A stretch of 64,000 nt of DNA from NCBI RefSeq assembly GCF_009914755.1, contig NC_060927.1, one strand, 5' to 3'. The stretch comes from the human T2T-CHM13v2.0 reference genome, Homo sapiens. How positions within the stretch are numbered: the stretch's first letter is position 1; each line of letters opens with the position of its first letter. The translations under genes and the position numbers were made by a program. Under the pieces are notes generated by a model. The model ran no database searches. It worked only from the letters and a program-made list of their open reading frames with translations, and had not been told where the DNA came from. Shown piece by piece: positions 53,106 to 64,000 of this stretch.

Positions 53106-54661
53106 TTATAAACACCAGCACATACACACACACATTTACGTGTGCAAAAAAATGGGGAACAGTTTGTGCCACTGAATTTGGCGGGGGGCTCTGTGTGTGT
53201 CTGGACAGGGAGCAGACTGGAGAGGTGGCTTGCGGGTAGAAGCTGCGGGCTCTGGACTCTCTTCTTTTGGTGCCCTCCTTTTCCCCACTCCCCCGAGCTC
53301 CCAGGCTGCTTTGCATAATGAAGAAAGAATTGGGAGGGCAATGGTAGGGGAGGGAGAACAGAAGTAAGGAGGGGAGTGCAGCATAGAAGATGGTGAAAGA
53401 TGGCCTGACACTTTCAAACTATTTCCCTACCCTCGAATCCTGTTAAAATTCAACCAGGGGCCAGCTCCTCCCCTGCAGCAGATGCTGAGTCACACTATCT
53501 CATCCCTTCTGTGGGATGGGGGTTCTGCAAAGGGAGCGGACAGCTGGGTTTGTCTTGGCCACCACCGGACTCCTTCGGAGTGGGTGACTGATAGAGCTCA
53601 GATGACTGACCAGGGAGCCAGGGCTGTGATCAGGCTCTTGGGTTGGCTGGAATGACCAACCTAAATAGCCAGCACACCCCGAAGATGTCCTCCTGCCACC
53701 CACAGGGCCAATGTCCTTGCTTGCTCATTTAATGAGGGACCTGTCCTCCTTGTTTGTCTCTCTCCCCCAGCTCAAGAGTGAGACACCTGGACAGCTTGCC
53801 CTGAGGAAAACTTCAGAAAGAACTGAAGGGACACTGGTGTCTGGTATGGAAAAAGGATACCTCTGGGTAAAAGGAAGACTCTGGGTAGCTCTGGTGACCC
53901 AGCCTTGGATTCCAGCTCCCGTGGGGGAACACTTTCTCATGGTTAGGTCCCTCGAGGGAGAGATGGCCCTGGAGATGTGCGAGCAGGAGCTAGGAGATGG
54001 CCCGCCAGGACACGACAGAGGAGACTCGCAGGATGGGTGGGAAGCTCACCTAGATTAGAGTCTTCTGATGCACCTCCAGAGCCTGGTGGACTATACAGAT
54101 CTGACTTGGCATTTGTGGAAAATTCAGATTCCTAGGCCAAACCTCTAGTCTTCTATTTGCTATGAGGTTAAGGTGAGACTGGGATCTGTAGTTGTAACAA
54201 GCTTCCGGGTGATGCTGGTGCAGAGTTCTAGATTGATGTCTCTGGGGGTGCAGGTTTGAGTGCCAGAGAGAAAAGAAATGTGCTTTATGCCTCATTGTGC
54301 CACTCTGGTAACTACGGCAGGACTCCACACATAGTAGGTATTCAAAGAATGCTTGTGGAAGGAAGGAAGGGAGAGAAGGAAGAATGGAGGAAGAAGAAGA
54401 AAAAAAAAGAGAGAAGAAAGGAAAAGAGGGAGGAAGGGAAGGAAGAAGTCAGGAGGGAGGAAGGGAGACCTTTGTCATTAAAACAAGAATCAGTACATTT
54501 AAGAACCGCTTCCCCTGGTGACCAAGAGTCCAAATTCTCATTTGACCAGCTTTGAATTACATAAGGAAGGAAGACCTAGTCCTTTGCTTAAAAATGTGCC
54601 CTCAGTGGTGGTTGCAAACTCAAATGTCTTCAGGGGATGGCAAATAATAGAAATGTGATAG

Positions 54662-54858
54662 GTATAGCGTTGCCAGGTATTGCAAATTAAAACACAGGAT
54701 GCTCTTTTAAATTCAAATTTCAGATAAACAACGAATAAATTTCTAGTATAATTAGGTTACAAATACTATGTGAGACATACTTACACTGAAAATATTATTT
54801 GTTGTTTATTAAAAATTTAAATGTAATTGGGTGTCTTGTATTTATCTGACAATCCTAG
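54662..54858. mobile_element. MER3-like hAT MITE
   Basis: TAGCGTTGCCAG..AAATTTCAGATAAACAACGAAT..ATCTGACAATCCTA. Confidence 0.78.
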
Positions 54859-54914
54859 CTAGGGGGTTGAGTAAAAATAAAGAAACTTGTGCCCATCCGC
54901 CACCCCCACCAAGA

Positions 54915-58519
<3,605 letters not shown>

Positions 58520-59029
58520 TAAAAATGTGCAGCTCAAAGAAAAGGGTCTGTAGACTGAGATGGTCTGTGGATGATTAGACTTATGGTCTTTGGCCCCCAG
58601 AGTAAGCACTCTAAAAATATTCATTTATTTGTACTACAAGGTTCTGACACTTGGGGGAGGAAGGGGCCAATGAATGATGATTTCATAGAGTATGTTCTGA
58701 GATTTCCTGAGATGTCTGGCTGTGATTCCCTTTCTTCTCATTCCTTCTTACCTCTCAGACCACACGCCTGGCCCTTGCTCCATTGACTCTCAGCCCACGA
58801 TTATTCTCAGGGACCCCAAGGCAAGCAGTGAGGGGCTACTCCCCAAGGAGAAAGGTGTTCTTGGGGAGATGCTACAAGAACCTCCTGGCAGAGTCGAGGA
58901 TCCTTTCTTGGGCAATCTCTCATCATTCAATCAGCACACTAACCCACAGAGGGTGCAGATGTGAACACAAAAGAAATGCCTTCCTGATGCTACTGATTGG
59001 TCAGACGATTGGGCACATCTCCCTGATGA

Positions 59030-59781
59030 GTGAATGTGTGTAAATGTTTGAGTGTGTGGGCATGAATATTCATATGTGTGTGAATATGTGAGTCTATGTG
59101 AGTATATCAGTGTAAATGTCTGAGCACTTGAGTATAAGTGTGTGTATGTAAGTCAAATCTGAGTATGAGCAGGTGTGAATGTTGTGTGTATACGGGTATG
59201 GCTGAGTGGGTAAGTCAACATCTTTGCAAGCATGTGTGAATGTGCATATAAATGAGTACATGTATGACTGTGAAATATAAATAGTAAGTGAGTGAAGTGT
59301 GGGTGTGTGCATGTGTGTGTTGTGTGAATGTGTGTGAATAGCCAAGTGTCTGTGAGCGTGTGTTCATTGGATGTGAGTCAGCATGTACAAATATATCAGC
59401 CTGTGAATGTTTGAATCTGTGTGTGTAACTATGTGTGTGGATGAGTGTGAGTTCATGAGAGTGTGTAACTGTAGGTAAATGCTTGAGAGCAAATGTGTGT
59501 GAGCAGATTGAATATATATGTTTGAATTATGATTATACAAATGTGTGTATTACTGAGCATGGGTTTAAGTGTATGAGTGAACCTGTGAACATTTGAGTGT
59601 ATGTGCAACTGTACGTGGGTGAGTGACTGAGTGTGAGTGTATGAACATGTGGATATAAATGTTTGAGTATTAAGGTATGAGCACATGTATGTGTGTGTGA
59701 GTTCACACATCTGAGTGTGTGGACATGTGAATGGAAATGGGGTGAATGAGTGTTTATGTGTAAGCATGTGAGTGTGTGTGA
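59030..59781. repeat. ~750-bp degenerate TG/TGAG low-complexity tract
   Basis: Sustained TGTG, TGAG and TGAA motifs with few C on the + strand. Confidence 0.88.
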
Positions 59782-60935
59782 GGAGGGTCTCTGTAGCTTT
59801 AGTGGGGCAAGTGAGTGGCCCACCACAGCTGGAGAGAAAGCCCTGGTTCTCCCTGGAATGTGGGATGTGGAGGTCAGGTACCTCCAGGCAGGGAGTACTA
59901 GGTCCCCACACATGGGAAGTTCACCTGCTCAGGGCCAGCACCTGGATTGCGCCCTTGGGGTCCTTGGCCTCCTGCTCCCAGCCCACTCCTGGGGGTCAGG
60001 GCAGAGCTCCCGGGCACACGTCTCCTGGCTGGGGCCCTGTCTTTCTCTCAGAGTTGAAGAAGCCAGGAGTCTCCACCTCACCTTTGCACACACGTTTGCA
60101 TCATTATAATGTCAGTGGTGCAAGTCTTACCTGGCATCATTACATTTTTTCCCACTGGCCTCACAGCAAAGGCAGGAAAGGCTGGGTGTGTTCTGGAGGT
60201 TTCTTTGAGAACTCTGCTTCCATTTGAGAAATCACCGATTAGCTGCCATGCTTTGTCCTAAGGGCTTTGCCCTCATTACTTCACCCAGTCTTCCCGACAG
60301 CCATTAGCAAGCCCCTTTCAGAGTCTGCAGGGCCTGACTTCAAATAGTGATGCTGGGTGTGATTGGCTGTGCGACCACAGAAACTGAGAGATTCCCTCTC
60401 AACTCCAGTTTACTTATCTGGCAAGGGCCGCTGGAGAGGCTGCAGGGTTCTTCTCACCTTTCAGGTCTCAACCCAAGCTTCATCTCCTCACATAATTCCC
60501 TTCCTCCCTTATTCTCCATCACATAATCCCGTTTCTTTCCCCTATAATGCAATCTGTAGTTATCTTATTATTTTATCTGTTTGTTGGTGTGTTTCTTGTT
60601 GTTTCAGCCTCCATACACCTCTGAGGCAGGCACTGAGTCTTTCCTGGTCACGGCTGAATCCACAGCACCTAACACACCGCGTGGCCCTTAGTAGGTGCTC
60701 GACAGATACCCAGTAACTATTCACCGGCGGTAAATGAACTCGTGCATGTGTCTCTTGGAATCAGCTACCCGCTGGGACCTTCCCGTTGAAAACTTGGGTT
60801 CGACATTTACTGCTTTGAGTCCTCAAATCCGCTGGTGCAAAGATTTGAGAACTGTGCTTTTCTACAATTCAACTCCAATTTTTGGTCCCGGGTCCGTAGC
60901 CCACCGTCGCAGGGCCCTGGTTATTTCTGGCTCTG

Positions 60936-60954
60936 CAGTGCCACCTGCAGGCCA
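60936..60954 (-). promoter_or_regulatory. Candidate CTCF site
   Basis: Minus strand TGGCCTGCAGGTGGCACTG matches the CTCF core, in unique sequence with locally retained CpGs. Confidence 0.55.
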
Positions 60955-61449
60955 TAATTAGATCTGCAGCCTGAGGAACATTTCCCACCTCTAAGGTCTC
61001 AAACTAGGAATGAGACTGGGGAGTCTAGCCGGGCCAATGACTCCAGGTGACCAGGAATTGCTAAAGTGAAAAAGTGACCCTAGAAGGTTCTCATAGACAA
61101 CTTGGTGGTAAATGATAGGAAACCTCTCTTCTCCCACTGTTCACTTTCTCGAAGCATTAAATTCCTCTTAGGGTTCCAATCCTCAAGTTGCAGGGGTCTC
61201 AGAATCCTACCTAACTCCTCTTCCTCCCCACAAGCATGCTTACCCTGAAGCCTTCCATCTCAGTGATTTCTCAGTCCTGAAATGCTAGAGTCATCTTTAT
61301 TTATCCTATACCCTACGTTTAGTCCATCAGCAAACCCTGTCTGCTCCATCCTCCAAAGACATGCCTAGAGCCTGACCACTTCACACTACTTTCTCTGCTC
61401 TTACTCTGGTGTGAGCCAACATCATCTCTCAATTGGAAAAGATTCCTCC

Positions 61450-63911
<2,462 letters not shown>

Positions 63912-64000
63912 AGTTTTTTTCTTTTTAAAGCAAGGGGAAAATGCTCCTCCCTGGTCTCCCTATCTGCACTCCCCACACAGTAGCCAGAGAGGTCCTGTGA

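Noticed and set aside
59094-59913. His/Thr-rich ORFs
   Set aside because: Translations of the degenerate CA repeat.

Overview
Human or hominoid, very Alu-rich genomic DNA. It is not prokaryotic and has no CRISPR array. A CpG-island bidirectional promoter lies at ~19.3-20.3 kb. To the left (- strand) it drives a gene with exon 1 ending at 19743 and a 251-nt exon 2 at 6558-6808; from recall this layout matches TMCC1 (3q22.1), which needs BLAT confirmation. To the right (+ strand) it drives a probable divergent lncRNA (TMCC1-DT-like; donor at 20176, putative last exon 44639-~44815). The rest is mostly transposon fossils: a deleted HERV-K(HML-3)/HERVK9 provirus with two MER9 LTRs (27512-33587), an ERVL/MLT2 remnant, a fragmented hAT-Tip100 transposase fossil, solo LTRs, L1/L2/MIR, MITEs including MADE1, and short U2 and 5S retro-fragments. 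The main protein-coding region of the host gene is not in the window. The most interesting structure is in the 5' leader. A G-quadruplex abuts a strong-Kozak, Arg-rich uORF that splices in frame into exon 2 and stops 4 nt after the start of a second uORF. If exon 2 is back-spliced, that second ORF runs round the whole circle (85 aa). These are sequence-derived hypotheses, not demonstrated functions. Repeat subfamily names and boundaries were assigned by eye.
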